From: Phaeosaccion multiseriatum
Lineage: Eukaryota; Protista; Ochrophyta, other classes
Length of the DNA stretch: 64,000 nucleotides
NCBI GenBank assembly: GCA_965112735.1
Contig: OZ218963.1
Coordinates: forward strand, 1,674,001-1,738,000
Direction: 5' to 3'
The stretch's first letter is position 1; every line of letters begins with the position of its first letter. The translations under genes and the position numbers were made by a program. Shown piece by piece: positions 10,708 to 22,900 of the stretch. The notes under the pieces were generated by a model. The model was not told the origin of the DNA. It saw nothing but the letters and a program-made list of their open reading frames with translations, and did not search any database.

Positions 10708-13584
10708 ATGCGATTTTTCCTTCCCAGGCGGGCCTGCGGGCTCGCTGTCGCTCTTCTGGGCGTTTGCTCCATGCTCGGAGGAGGCCTCCCCACCGCGACT
10801 GCCACCGCGCCTACCCCTGCACCCACGGATGATTTGGTACGTGTATCGGCGTAGTTAACGGCGTCCTCTTGCTCGCCGCGTCGGCCGGGGCGGGGCCCTG
10901 CCTGACCACTCGTTCCTTCAACGAAATGCGATGCGCCCTGCCTTTACGCCTCGCTCCGAAAGCTCCTTCAATGGAATGCGTTGCGCCATCTCGTTGAAGC
11001 TCATACACATTCCTTCCATCGTCCCTTTCCCTCCTCCCACCCTTCACAGGATACGTTTTTTGCAATCCTGAGCGGGCTCGGTATTATCGAGATTCTCAGG
11101 GATTTCATAGGGCTCAGACAACGACGCCTGGTCATTGGCGATCAAGCCCCCGCCGAGCTCTTCAATACCATGCTCGGGATTGTGGAGGACGCCGCCCTGA
11201 CGGGTGGCGCCGATGCCAACGCCTTAACCACCACCGTGTTAACCTACACCCTGGTGGAGGTTGCGGGAACCAACCCTGACGCCATCACCTACGAACTGTC
11301 ATACACTGTTGGCCTCCTTCTGGAGGTCGGCAATAACGCGGTGTTGGATGACATCGCCGTGACCGTTTCTGCGGAAGTGGTGGAGGGTGCCGAGGAGGCT
11401 GATATCGACATTGACGACGTGGTGACCGTCGCCGCTCTTTCCCCGACTCCCGCCCCCCTCGGAGATGTCACGGAGGCACCCACGGAGGGACCTACTGAGG
11501 GCCCAACTGACGGACCCACAGATGGACCTACTGAGGGCCCAACTGACGGACCCACAGATGGACCTACAGATGGACCTACTGACGGACCCACCGATGGACC
11601 TACTGATGGACCTACTGACGGGCCCACCGATGGACCAACTGACGGACCCACCGATGGACCCACTGACGGACCCACAGATGGACCTACTGATGGACCTACT
11701 GACGGACCCACCGATGGACCTACTGATGGACCTACTGACGGGCCCACCGATGGACCAACTGACGGACCCACCGATGGACCCACTGATGGACCCACAGATG
11801 GACCCACCGATGGACCCACTGATGGACCCACTGACGGACCCACCGATGGACCCACTGACGGACCCACAGATGGACCCACCGATGGACCCACTGACGGACC
11901 CACCGATGGACCTACTGACGGGCCTACTGACGTGAGTGAAGGAGGGTTTTTTTTTTTTTGAGTGAGTAAGTAGGCAGAGCGTGCTGGCTCGCTAGTTAAT
12001 TGGTTAGTGAGGGAGTACTTAGCCAGGGAAAGAGATTTATTGTGAGGGAGGCGTGAACCACCAACCCTGCAGCTACCAACGGAAAGGTTAGGTGTCATTT
12101 CATCCCCATCATACGCTTTCACGTTTCTCACCACGCCGACTCGTTTCTCTCTTCGCTTGTTCTCCTAACATTCGCAGCCACCAACGGACGTGCCAACTCC
12201 CGCCCCTGTGTGCCCCCCTGCGCCTAGCGCGGCGTGCGTGGACTGCCAGGCCCTCTGCGCCGCGCAGGGAGGCACTTGCTTCATCGACCCGGACTGCGAA
12301 ACCAAGCAGGGCGGCCTTGGCTGCAACTTGTTTGGCATTCAGGACTGCCGCGGCTGTGGTGGGAACGGCGGCTTCGCCAGCATCACGTGCGGTGCTTGCC
12401 CCATGGAGCCACCTGCTGAGTGTGAGACCGCTGCACCCGTGCCCGCCCCTACCATGGCGCCATCGATGGCTCCCACAATGACGCCCGTCGCACCTACTCC
12501 GGTCCCCGTCGCACCGACTCCTGTTCCCGTCGCACCAACTCCGGTTCCCGTCGCACCCACTCCAGTTCCTGTGGCCCCTACTACGGCGCCCGTCACACCC
12601 GACGCAAGCGATGCATGCTCTACCCTGTGCGCTACGGTGCACCCTGGAGCTGGCCCGTGCTTCACCGACCCCACGTGCCCCAGCGGAGGACCCTTCGGAG
12701 GCCTGGGCTGTAACGCCCACGGGGAAACGAACTGTAGATTCTGTGGAAGCGGTAACCACCCGGACTGCCCCTCGGCCCCGGCCCCCACGCCTGTTCCCGT
12801 CGCACCTACTCCTGTCCCCGTCGCACCGACTCCGGTTCCCGTCGCACCTACTCCAGTTCCTGTGGCCCCTACCACGGCGCCCGTGGCACCCGACACCAGC
12901 GATGCATGCTCGACCCTGTGCGCTACGGTGCACCCTGGCGCTGGCCCGTGCTTCACCGACCCCACGTGCCCCGGTGGAAACCCCCTCGGAGGCATTGGAT
13001 GCAACGCCCACGGGGAAACGAACTGTAGATTCTGTGGAAGCGGAAACCTCCCCGACTGCCCCTCGGCCCCGGCGCCCACCCCAACGCCTGTGGCCCCTTC
13101 TCCGGTAACTTCCGCGCCCGTGGCCCCCACCCCGGTAACTTCGGCGCCCGTGGCACCCGACACCAGCGATGCATGCTCGACTCTGTGTGCTACGGTGCAC
13201 CCTGGCGCTGGCCCGTGCTTCACCGACCCCACGTGCCCCGGTGGAAACCCTCTCGGAGGCATTGGGTGCAACGCCCACGGGGAAGCGAACTGTAGATTCT
13301 GTGGAAGCGGAAACCTCCCCGACTGCCCCTCGGCCCCAGCGCCCACCCCCACCCCTGTGGCCCCTTCTCCGGTGACTTCGGCGCCAGTCACACCTGACGC
13401 CACCGATGCGTGCAGCAACTACTGCGCTGACTTCTGGCCCGGCAACGTTGCCTGCTACACCGACCCTGCCTGCGTTAACGGTGGCCAAGGTTGCGATGCC
13501 CACATAGGAGTGAGGACGGGCACACGGTTTGAGGCACTCCAATGCCGCTTCTGCGGCACTGCTCCGTACGCGGCCTGCCCTTAG
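10708..13584 (+). CDS. Secreted/cell-surface mucin-like protein with (GPTD)n repeat and five Cys-rich repeat domains
   Basis: Exon 1 (10708-10836) encodes MRFFLPRRACGLAVALLGVCSMLGGGLPTA, signal-peptide-like. Exon 2 is 11050-11931 and exon 3 is 12178-13584. The GT-AG introns join in frame. Confidence 0.85.
11476..11931 (+). repeat. Coding 12-bp tandem repeat, ~38 x G-P-T-D/E
   Basis: GGACC(C/T/A)AC(T/C/A)GA(T/C) units varying mostly at third codon positions. Confidence 0.95.
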
Positions 13585-14143
13585 TCGGGGGCCTGCCGAG
13601 AAGGCGGAATCGTACGCCTCAAGGAGAAAGGAGGATTACTTGTGGTAACGGTAAGTTCGCATGGCTGGTCGGAAACGCTCGCTCCGTCCGTAACTCCTCT
13701 TTTCTATGCGGCTTTTCAATTTTTTTTTCTGGTAATCTACACGCGAATTAGAGACACTTAAACGCCCCCCCACCCCCCCCCCCTCCTCCCTGTTCTCACT
13801 GCTTCTCTCTTGTGTTGACATGTTCTGCAGGAAGTGTTGGGTGGCTGGGCTGGGCATCACCCGTTGTGTAGGAATTGAATTGAACCCATATGTTCGTGCT
13901 AGTTTTGGGAGGGCGGGAGTTAGACGGGTATGGCCTGCCCCCCCCCGTGTTTACCCTTTGTACAATTGGGGAGGAAGGAAATGTCGGCGACCGCACTTTG
14001 TTCGTGTCGTGAGAAGGATTCTATGTTGATGTTTTTTTTAAATAAAAACAAAGGTTAATTTTGTTGTTGAAAGAAATACAAATGAATTTTTGTTGAAAGA
14101 AAAGAGTGATCACACGACTCCCCAGGGAGGAGGAGAGAACCTT

Positions 14144-14377
14144 GAGATGCCTATGAGTCTTGTTGCACTCTCCTTACCCATCCCTACACATGGGACGCCC
14201 TTGCATTTTATGTTGATTTTTATGTTAATTTTTTGTTGAAAGACAAAATGGGTGATTTGTATGTTAATTTTTTGTTGAAAGACAAGAGGGATCTCTCATC
14301 CCGCGGATCACTCACCTCAGAGATGCCTAAGAGTCTTGTTGCACTCTCCTTACCCACATCCCTACCTGGGACGCCCG
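14144..14377 (+). repeat. Local ~57-bp duplication plus AT-rich short repeats
   Basis: GAGATGCCTA(T/A)GAGTCTTGTTGCACTCTCCTTACCCA...GGGACGCCC at ~14144-14200 and ~14320-14377. ATGTTAATTTTTTGTTGAAAGACAA is repeated between the two copies. Confidence 0.8.
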
Positions 14378-14625
14378 ATGGAGGCACTTTGGCGTGGGGG
14401 GTGGGAGGGAGGGCCCTCCGGGCCGAAAGACACACCCATACGTAAGACCGCATGGCCCTTAACGTGGTGTGGCCCTTACGTAGGGAACGGGAGTTTCAGT
14501 TTGTTAGGCCTCTACACGCTGCAGGGGAGAGCACTGTCCGCCATTGGATAGGGCATTGATCTCTTCTGCTCTCGGTTCCTCGTCTTGTTGCTCGAGGCCA
14601 CGAAAAGAAAAGACTCAAGAGTCTT

Positions 14626-14801
14626 TTCTTCTTCTTCTTCTTCTTCTTCTTCTTCTTCTTCTTCTTCTTCTTCTTCTTCTTCTTCTTCTTCTTCTTCTTC
14701 TTCTTCTTCTTCTTCTTCTTCTTCTTCTTCTTCTTCTTCTTCTTCTTCTTCTTCTTCTTCTTCTTCTTCTTCTTCTTCTTCTTCTTCTTCTTCTTCTTCT
14801 T
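14626..14801 (+). repeat. (TTC)n microsatellite, ~58 units
   Basis: Directly visible pure repeat. Confidence 0.98.
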
Positions 14802-15037
14802 GACTGAGACTGCGTGAGCAGCACACAAGGACACGTGCACTCAACTGAGTCCTCACATTGTCCTCGGCCGATTGTCCTTCCTCGCCGCCTTGAGTGAGGT
14901 TGGAACTGAAACTCTCTCTAACATACTGAAACTGTTGGTTGCCTTTGCACTGCCTCCCTCCCAACTTGCTCTGAGTCCCTCCGCCCCTCATCCCTCTGAC
15001 CGGAGCCTGTGCGTGCGCTGCAGCCCTCCTATCCCTC

Positions 15038-15300
15038 CACTGACTGACTGAGCGACTGAGCGACTGAGTGACTGACCAACTGACCAACTGACCGACTGAC
15101 TGTGAGTGAGTGTGTAGAGAGTGACTGACTGACTTACTGATTGACTGACAGACAGACAGCCGAAGACAGACAGACAGACTGACTGACTGACTGACTGAAT
15201 GAATGACTGACTGACTGACTGTGACCAATAACCGACTGACCGACTGACCGGGAATGACTACTGATGACTGACTGACAGACTGACTGACTGACTGTGGCAG
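15038..15300 (+). repeat. Degenerate (GACT/GACA)n tetranucleotide repeat
   Basis: Directly visible. Confidence 0.9.
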
Positions 15301-15464
15301 ACTGGGGAGAAAGGGTCGGAAAGCGACCCTTCAACAACTGTTATTTGAAAAAGCTCTCCTTGCGGGGTCAAGGATGAAAGAAGGAAAGGGGATGAGCGAA
15401 AAAAACTAGCCTGCCCCCCTCGTGGGAGAAGAGGGAAACTTGAATCTATTGATGACCGGTTTTG

Positions 15465-16075
15465 GTGGGGCGAGATGCCCCACTCGGTGAAAGTGGGTAT
15501 TTTTAGTACCCAATTTTTTTAAAAGTGGGTATTTTTAGTACAGTACCCAATATGGACCAGTAGCGCCCCCTCCCCCCCCCCCTCCTTTTTGGTGTATCTC
15601 TCCCCTCCTCCTCCAAAATATACTACGCTATGATATGACGATTTAATGGTATTACCACGATAACAATGGTATTCATATTTACAGACACACTTAGTGTCCG
15701 TCCTCAATCATGCATGGCATACAGTAGTAGTCAAAATCGCCTTCCGCAAAACCCTTGCTGTCGCAAAACTCGACGGTGCACATGTGGTGCACGAGGTTTC
15801 CACACGCTCTTTCGGATGGGCAGAGGAACAGCTTGACTTGCGAGGGCTTAGTACAGCCATACGAGCATGTGAAGGCCATGTCTCCCTCTCTCAAGCCGCC
15901 CAACGACGGCGCTGCTGACGCGGCAGCAGCGGCAGTAGCGGCCGCAGCGGCCGCATCAGAGGCAGCAGCAGAAGCAGCATCAGAAGCAGTACCAGTACCA
16001 GTACGCTGTTTTTTTTGGGCCCCCCTTCCCCCACCCCTTCCTCCTCGTCCTCCTCCGGCTCCGCCTCCTCCTGTT

Positions 16076-16109
<34 letters not shown>

Positions 16110-19021
16110 TGCTGCTGCCACCTCCTCCTCGTCGTCCTCTGCACCGCTATCACCTCCATCCCCCTCCTTCGACTCGTCTGCACCAGTGCCACTTTCCTTC
16201 GCCCTCGCCCGCTTCGCCCGTTTTTTCGCGTCCGCCTGCTGCGCGCTCCATAAATTATACACGGTGGTCCACACCAGCTGATTGAAGCGGCGCTTGTGAG
16301 AATCAGAACGAGACTTGATGTCAAAGGCGTCTTTGACTGCGTCAAACATGCTTCGCGCTTCTTCAAGCGTCGGCTTGTCCTTCCAGAGCCCCTTTTCTTT
16401 CGCCGCGGATTCAATCGCACCCATCAAACAGCAAAATTTTGACATCCTTCGCTTCTCCGCCCTCCCCTGCACGTCTGCTGTCGTGAATTCTCGAAGGCGA
16501 GGAGTGCCTGTCATCCAAGCATCCCAAGCAGCGCGCACAGTGAAGCTAGGGACCTCAAAGTGCTCGGGAAGGGTATGCCACCGGCCGTTGTAGAGATACA
16601 GAGGTGGCTGATCTGCACCTGCACAAGAAGAAGAGGGCGGGGCGCTGCTCGAACCCTCACCAAGGCCCAGAGTGCCTGCCTGGTGAGCCGCGAAAAGGTC
16701 GCTGAGCCCACTCTTAGAAAAGGCTGCGTCGAGGGTCGTCTGCAGGGCCCTGCTCACACCCAGACTGGTGACAGTGCCAGAGGCCTGTGCATTCTCCTCC
16801 AGAACGTCACGGATCAGCGTCTCCAAGTCGACCTTGATCGTCTGGCCCAACACCTCAAGCTTGCCGCCTAGAGAGGCCACGCTGTCCGCCACGACTTGGA
16901 ATTGCCTCAGCTGCACGACGTGGGGAGGAATCCCGGTTGCAGAAATCTCGTCCGTCTCGTCCGGATACTTCAGCACGACATGCTCTGAAAGGTCCGCCAG
17001 CAACCCTTTGATCTCGGAAGAGCTGTGTCGTGAAAAGAGGGTGATTCTCCTGAAGAGTGCTGCGCAGAAAGCCGGCGTGGTACACCACACTGGCAAGACA
17101 GAATTCAGCCACCTTCCTCAATCTCAGCGGCACGTCCCTGAAGCAGCTCACAATGGCTCCCGCGAGCACGTCTTCAATGCCCTCCTTCGCTGTGCCGTCC
17201 ACCTTGAGGCGCTGAAAAAAGGGAGGAAGCAATGCAAACTCCTTCGCTGAGATGTTCGCGCCGGAGGCAGCCCGGCCCACATACTGATCTGCTGCATTGA
17301 TGGGGTTGAAGTAGATGCCCTGCACGCCGGGAAGAGACCATCCCATTCGAAGTTGCACAGCAATTGGGTTGGGAGCAGCGGACGAGCCGCTTGTGACGTG
17401 CGAGGCAGCGCCCTTGCGCCCAGAATGAGTGCCGAGGTCCTCTGGAGTCAGCCCCATGCCTTCCAAAATGGACGAGTTCGCCGCCGCCGTACGTCTGAGG
17501 AAGCCGCAATACCTATCGTACTGATTGTTGCCAGCGAACAGCGCGTTCTTCTCAAAACCAAAGCTCAGGAGGTAAACACCAAGCGCGAGGACGGGGCAGA
17601 TCTCCGGCATGATTGGATTCGCGTAGACGTGGCGAGGATGTCGGGCCTTCTCTCCCAGCTGATCGCCCTTTTGCTTCCCAAAATAGACGCAGAGCGCGTC
17701 CCCCTTCCACTCGAGATGATCGAGACAAATCTCCACACAGTTGGTGGCGCGGCACATCAGATTCCAGGAGAGAACGAGGAAGGGGTGGCCAAAGGCGCCC
17801 TGTCTGTGCCCGTTCTCACAGACTGCCGAGCTCAGCATTGCTGCGATGTACACAAGCGAAGGAAACAGTGGCAACCAAAGACGGCGTCAGGGCTAGGAAG
17901 TGAGTGGGGGGCATTCAATGCATCAGCCACTTGTCTCCACCCACTCCACTAGTTTCCACTGTCCACTGACTCCACACAGCTGGGAATTTACCTTTGGCAA
18001 GAGCGCGGTAGAGAGCGAACGGCATGGGAGCCTTCCCTTCTCTGACTTCGACATTTCCCTCCTGCTTCTCTCCTGCGATCGTCCTCTTCAGCCCCTTGGT
18101 CAGCGTCGCAAGGTCGCTTTGCAATTTGCGGTGCTGTTCCTCCTGATGGTAGTCTCTGTACAGATTGAAGAGTGCAGAGCGTTTCGACTGTGCACCGGCC
18201 TTGGATAAGCCCTTCGGCCCCTTCTTGACTTCAAGCAGCCACCCGAAGAACGCGTCGGCTGTCAGCAGATGGAACAGCAAAGGGTGCGGCGCCCGAGGTG
18301 CTTGGATCAAGTGTGCCTTCACCCGCTTCGTCCACTGCGCCTCAGCCTTCTTCTTGGCCTTTGCTTGGGCTTTCGCTGCTCTCGACACCTCAGCCGGCGT
18401 CTGCTGTGCCGCTGCAGTGGCACCACCCGCTCCGCCAGGTGCGGCGGCTGCTGCGGCTGCTGCTGCTCTCCTCTGTGCTTCCTCCTCTTCCCCATCTTCC
18501 CCGTCTTCCTCCTCTTCCCCTTCCGGTGGAGCAAATGCTGTCCTGAAGTCAGGGTCCAGAAGCTCCGGGTGCTTGCGGAAGAGGTATCGGATCAGCATGG
18601 TGGAGGCGCATGCATATCCACTTCTCGAGCGTGGGGCGATGGTGTTGTTTCGGAGGTTCTGAATCTGCTGCTGCTCTGCAGTAAGCGGTGCTTCTTCCCC
18701 CTCTGCTGCTGGTGCTTCCGGAACCGTAGCAACAGCGACGTCAGCCATGGTATGCTCTGTTCTCCTGCAAATTCACGTGGGAGATGCCCCTCCCACCACT
18801 GGCATCAGCTGTTACAGCCGGGTATCGTCCGCGCAGCCGCTGCTCCTCTTACATAGCTGCCCTGTGCAAATATGCTGATGCTGTGAATGAATAAAAATCC
18901 ATGTGGGGAGGGGGGGGAGAATGCCCCACAACCAAAAAATATTGGATAAAAAACTTGAAAAACGAGCATTTGTGGCCCATAAAATATCCAAAACCATAAT
19001 TTCGTGGGGCAGGTGCCCCAC
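15465..19021 (-). mobile_element. Crypton-type (CryptonS-like) tyrosine-recombinase transposon; boundaries provisional
   Basis: Encodes a tyrosine recombinase protein and is bracketed by similar palindromes GTGGGGC-N4/5-GCCCCAC at 15465-15483 and 19004-19021. Subterminal regions are AT-rich, with a tandem AAAGTGGGTATTTTTAGTAC repeat at ~15490-15541. Confidence 0.8.
15691..18748 (-). CDS. Crypton tyrosine recombinase with GCR1_C-like region and C-terminal PHD-like finger; one intron, two apparent 1-nt frameshifts
   Basis: ATG at 18748 and intron 17841-17991 (GT-AG, in frame). YR motifs are WNLMCR, KQKGDQ, RHVYANP...CPVLAL, GTHSGRKGAA, RMGWS and GIYF. Downstream are ATGIPPH, WHTLPEHFEVP...AWDAW and WTTVYN. 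The terminal segment is CSYGC...CPSERAC...HHMC...CMPC. Frame breaks occur at ~17008 and near the A8 run at ~16009-16016. Confidence 0.85.
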
Positions 19022-19397
19022 ATCACGGTACTATTAGACATACGGACTACAGAGAACTTGGGATATGTTTAAAGATATGTTGCCTCTCAATCAAAGGAGG
19101 AGGAGGAGGAGGAGGAGGAGGCCTCTTTCCTCTTTTATCACGCAACCCCTCTGCTCTCTATGGAGCTGCGTGGGTGAGGCCTACCTGGACATTGTCGCCG
19201 GTGATGATGAAGAGGACGGCAAAGAAGCAAGAGCAAGGAGAGCGGCCGGGCTCGCGGGGCACGAGGAGCTTACTAGAAAGGCAGCTCGGAGAGATACATG
19301 AGACAGACCAGAGAAGAGACGAACAGCCGCCTATAGTGCTCACAGACTCCACGTACTCTTTGTAAATATTTACAGCACTTTCAAGGAAGTGTTCAGT

Positions 19398-19901
19398 CTA
19401 TTCGGTCACCTCGGCAACGCTTTTCGCCTGGTGCCGCTGAATCACAAAGTGCTGATCCTTCTCGATAGCCTCCCCTCCCATCTCTGCGTCCCTTTCCCCC
19501 TTTCTAACGTCGGTCACCACGGCGTGGCTGCTGGAGAGGAAAGGCCGTCTCCCACTCTCGCCCAACCCTGCCAAGGGAACGGAGCCTTTCCTTGCTCCTG
19601 CTCCATCCTGGCTGGGCTGAGGCTGGTCAGCCTTCGTGTACATGTGGTGCCACACGTCTTCGATTTTACTTGCCTCCTCCTCCGTTATCAACTGATGAGA
19701 CGGGAGTCGAGAGCAGGGTGGGTGGGGTGGGAAAGGGCGCAGCAAAGCGATGGCGACAAAGTTAGGAGGGCTATATAAATTGAGATAACTCCTCCACGAA
19801 CTTGATGGCATACAGACAGAGAGACAAATCTCATCCCTCAACACTGGCGACGCCCTCCCGCTGCAAAGAGAGCGAGGACACGCGCGCCCGCGGCCGCGCT
19901 C

Positions 19902-19932
<31 letters not shown>

Positions 19933-22900
19933 ACGCACACCTTGTCTCCCGGTGACTGCGCCTCGTCGAGTTCCGGGGGGCCGAAGGGCCAAGAGGGGGG
20001 CAGCATGGCGGCTATATCCGGTGGCAGCGCCAGCAGGAGGTTGCCCCGAATGCCCGCCCGGTATGCCTCTAGGGAGTGCATAAAGATGTTTGCCTTGCGC
20101 TTCAGGGCCAAGCGCCGCTCCACAAAGGACGGAGCTATGATCAAGCGACCTCGTCCGTAGCCGTCCACGACCACCTTGGTGCCAACATGTGTATACCACC
20201 AACTGTCGAGGTTCGTGTGTGCATATGTCGGAAGGGCGAGGGGCGGTTACGGGGGGCGGGGGGAGGAGACTTTACACTTAGACTTGTGTGCCACATCGAG
20301 AGAAGAACCAAGGACCCGAGAGCCCGGAAAAATAGACTTCCAAAAGCTGGCGAACGTAGAGTAAGCAAGACGACATACACATGAGGCACAGTTAGAACAC
20401 CTCCTCGTTTTTTACCTCGGCACGCTGGGAACGATATCGCCATCTACGACCACCCGGAACGCATGTGGCACCTGTTTGTTTGTTTGGCGCGTGGGTCATG
20501 GATAGGAAGGAGGAGGACGAGGAGCAAGCCGCAGCAGAGAGCAAGTTCAAACACACAGGGCATAGGAAGTGAAAGAGGGGTTGGGGGGGGGTCACCCAGC
20601 ATGCAATGCAACACACAAAAGAGTCCAGGGCATGCAATGCGCTTCTGCTCTCTTAGCGCCTCTGATGCACACGATTAGGAACAAGTATCCTCAAGTATTC
20701 ATCTAAGGTATCCTCAAGGTATCCTCAATCCTCTAGGCATTCATCTAAGGTATCCTCAAGGTACGCTCTCAAGACTTGCGTGCTCCGTCGTCTTCGATAC
20801 CGTAAAAAAAACCTGCACACACGACATACACATACATACACATGCCTTCTGTTGCGGAAGGTGCCAAAGCCCCTTATGCTTGTTACTCTCTCTCTCTCTC
20901 TCTCGATTCTCTCTCTCTCTCTTTCATCCTTTCTCTCTCTCTCTCACTTACCTCCTCGTTGAACTTCTGGGCGTAGATGCGGTTCCCCACTCTCGGCTGG
21001 CCAAAGGTGTACAGCCTCAGACTCACCTCTCCCAGCACGGGCTCCTTCCTCTTGAGGAACTCGAAGATCTCGCTCAAGCCGTTGTGCTCCACACGCTGGC
21101 GTTTCTTGGCTCCCGCTTCTTCCTCTCTTCTCTCTGTCTCCTCCCTTTCTCGGAGCTTGTCCTCCCCGAACATGCTCGTGAACGTACGCATGACGTGCAC
21201 GCTCTTCTTGCGGAGCATTCTCACCGCACCAAACGGTCCCTCGGCTCCGCCCTCCCCGTCCTTCTCCTCTTTTTTCTCCTTCTCTTCCTCCTGCTGCTGC
21301 TGCTGCTGGATATCTTGTCCCTCCTCCCCCTGCCCTCTCTCTGAGCGCTGAATGCTCCTCCTTACAGCCGCTAAGCGTGCCATCGCCTCCTCTTCTATAT
21401 CCCGTCCCTTCTCTTCCTCTTCTTCTCTCGCAGTTACTTTCATCGAATTTCCAAATACACCCTTACCCTCGCCGGCACCCCCACCATCAGCAGCACCTCC
21501 ACCCCCACCCCCACCCCCACCCAGGCTCGGTGACCCCACAAGCCCTGCAGCCCTCCCCAGGGTGGCTTCCAACTTGCCTTCCCTCTGCTGTCGCTGCACC
21601 TCGTCCTCGTCGCTCTGCATCACCATGTCAAAGATGCCACTGAGTGGCCCCAACAGCCCCCGCAAGACCGTGTGTCTGGCTTTCCCAAGGTACCCCAATC
21701 TGGTGTTGAGTGGGCCCACCACGTTCCGCTGGAGGTCGAGCGCGCAGTGAGAGGCCAGGGCACCGCCCAGGCTGTGGCCCGTGACAAAGACCGTCAGATT
21801 GGGGTGGTCCTCCCCATCCAACAGCCACTCCAGCAGCTCCTTTCTCACCACCTCGTGCACTTCTCCGCGCACACATTCATAGGCCTCCCAGAAGCCCGTG
21901 TGCACCTTTGCACGGAAGGGTCAAATCAACCAGGGGTGGGGTGTGAATTAAAAAAAAAGCATGTCAATCAACAAGGGTGGCAAATACAAAAGCGTTGGGC
22001 AGCAGCACCAGCAGACGCAGCAGCAGTACCAGCCAAAGTTGAAATTGGAGCAAGAGAAACAAAAAAAGTTGGGGGAGGTTTGAGGGGGGGAAAGGCTCGA
22101 CTGAGTAGGAGAAGCATTTTTGACTCAAGTGCGCACCTGCCCCCACAGCGTAGTCTTGAGCAGGGGGATTCGGTTGATGCCCACCGCGTGCGCTCCCTTG
22201 TCCAGCCCCGCCAAGCCCCCCCGGGCCATGTTGCCCGCGCCTCGGAGCAGAGCATCTGTACACAGGGATATAGGCAAGGGATGTTGGAACAGGAACGGGG
22301 GGGGGGGAGGGGGGAAACAAACGATTGCAAAGAAGAGAGCAAGGAAGATCTTCTCTGGGCAACGGGCAAGTAGGCAGGGAGCCCCCCTGCCCCCTCTCCC
22401 CGCCCTCACACACACACAATCACACACACAATGACGTAATACTAAGGTGGATTCCCATAAGTCCCATTTTACCCCCTCACCTGTGGCGTATCCCGCCCCC
22501 TGCAGCACTGCCTCAACTCCGTCTCCAATGACTTGAGGCATGCCGCCCCCTTGCTGACTATGTCTTTCCCTCTGTCCTCCTCCTCCTCCTCTTCCTCCTC
22601 TCCCCCCTCCTCCGTCTCGTCCAAACCCCTCAACTCTGTTCTGTGCATCGTAGGCGTGGAAAGATTTTGAGCGGCGCAGCGAAGCAGGGCGCGGAAGTAA
22701 GTCTTCCCTCGGCGGAGGAGAGCGGCTGCGGAGTACACTCCTCGGAGATCTCGGACGCCCTCCACCTCTATCTCCAACAGCGGCTGTAGAGCTCCGTCCC
22801 AGGTCTGAGCCGCGAGTCGCCCCCCGCTTCAACGCCTCGTTTCTCGCGTCGCTTGGAAGGGCCCCACCACCACCACCACCACCACCACCACCACCACCAC

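Noticed and set aside
11476-11931. Regular short repeats resembling a CRISPR array
   Set aside because: No unique spacers. It is an in-frame 12-bp coding repeat in a eukaryotic exon.
11289-13542. Long antisense ORFs (SVGP repeats, 477 aa and 359 aa)
   Set aside because: These are shadows of the repetitive GC-rich sense gene, which has the signal peptide and splice sites.
14496-15337. Poly-K/E/R/L/S and SVSQ ORFs
   Set aside because: They are translations of the (TTC)n and (GACT)n microsatellites.
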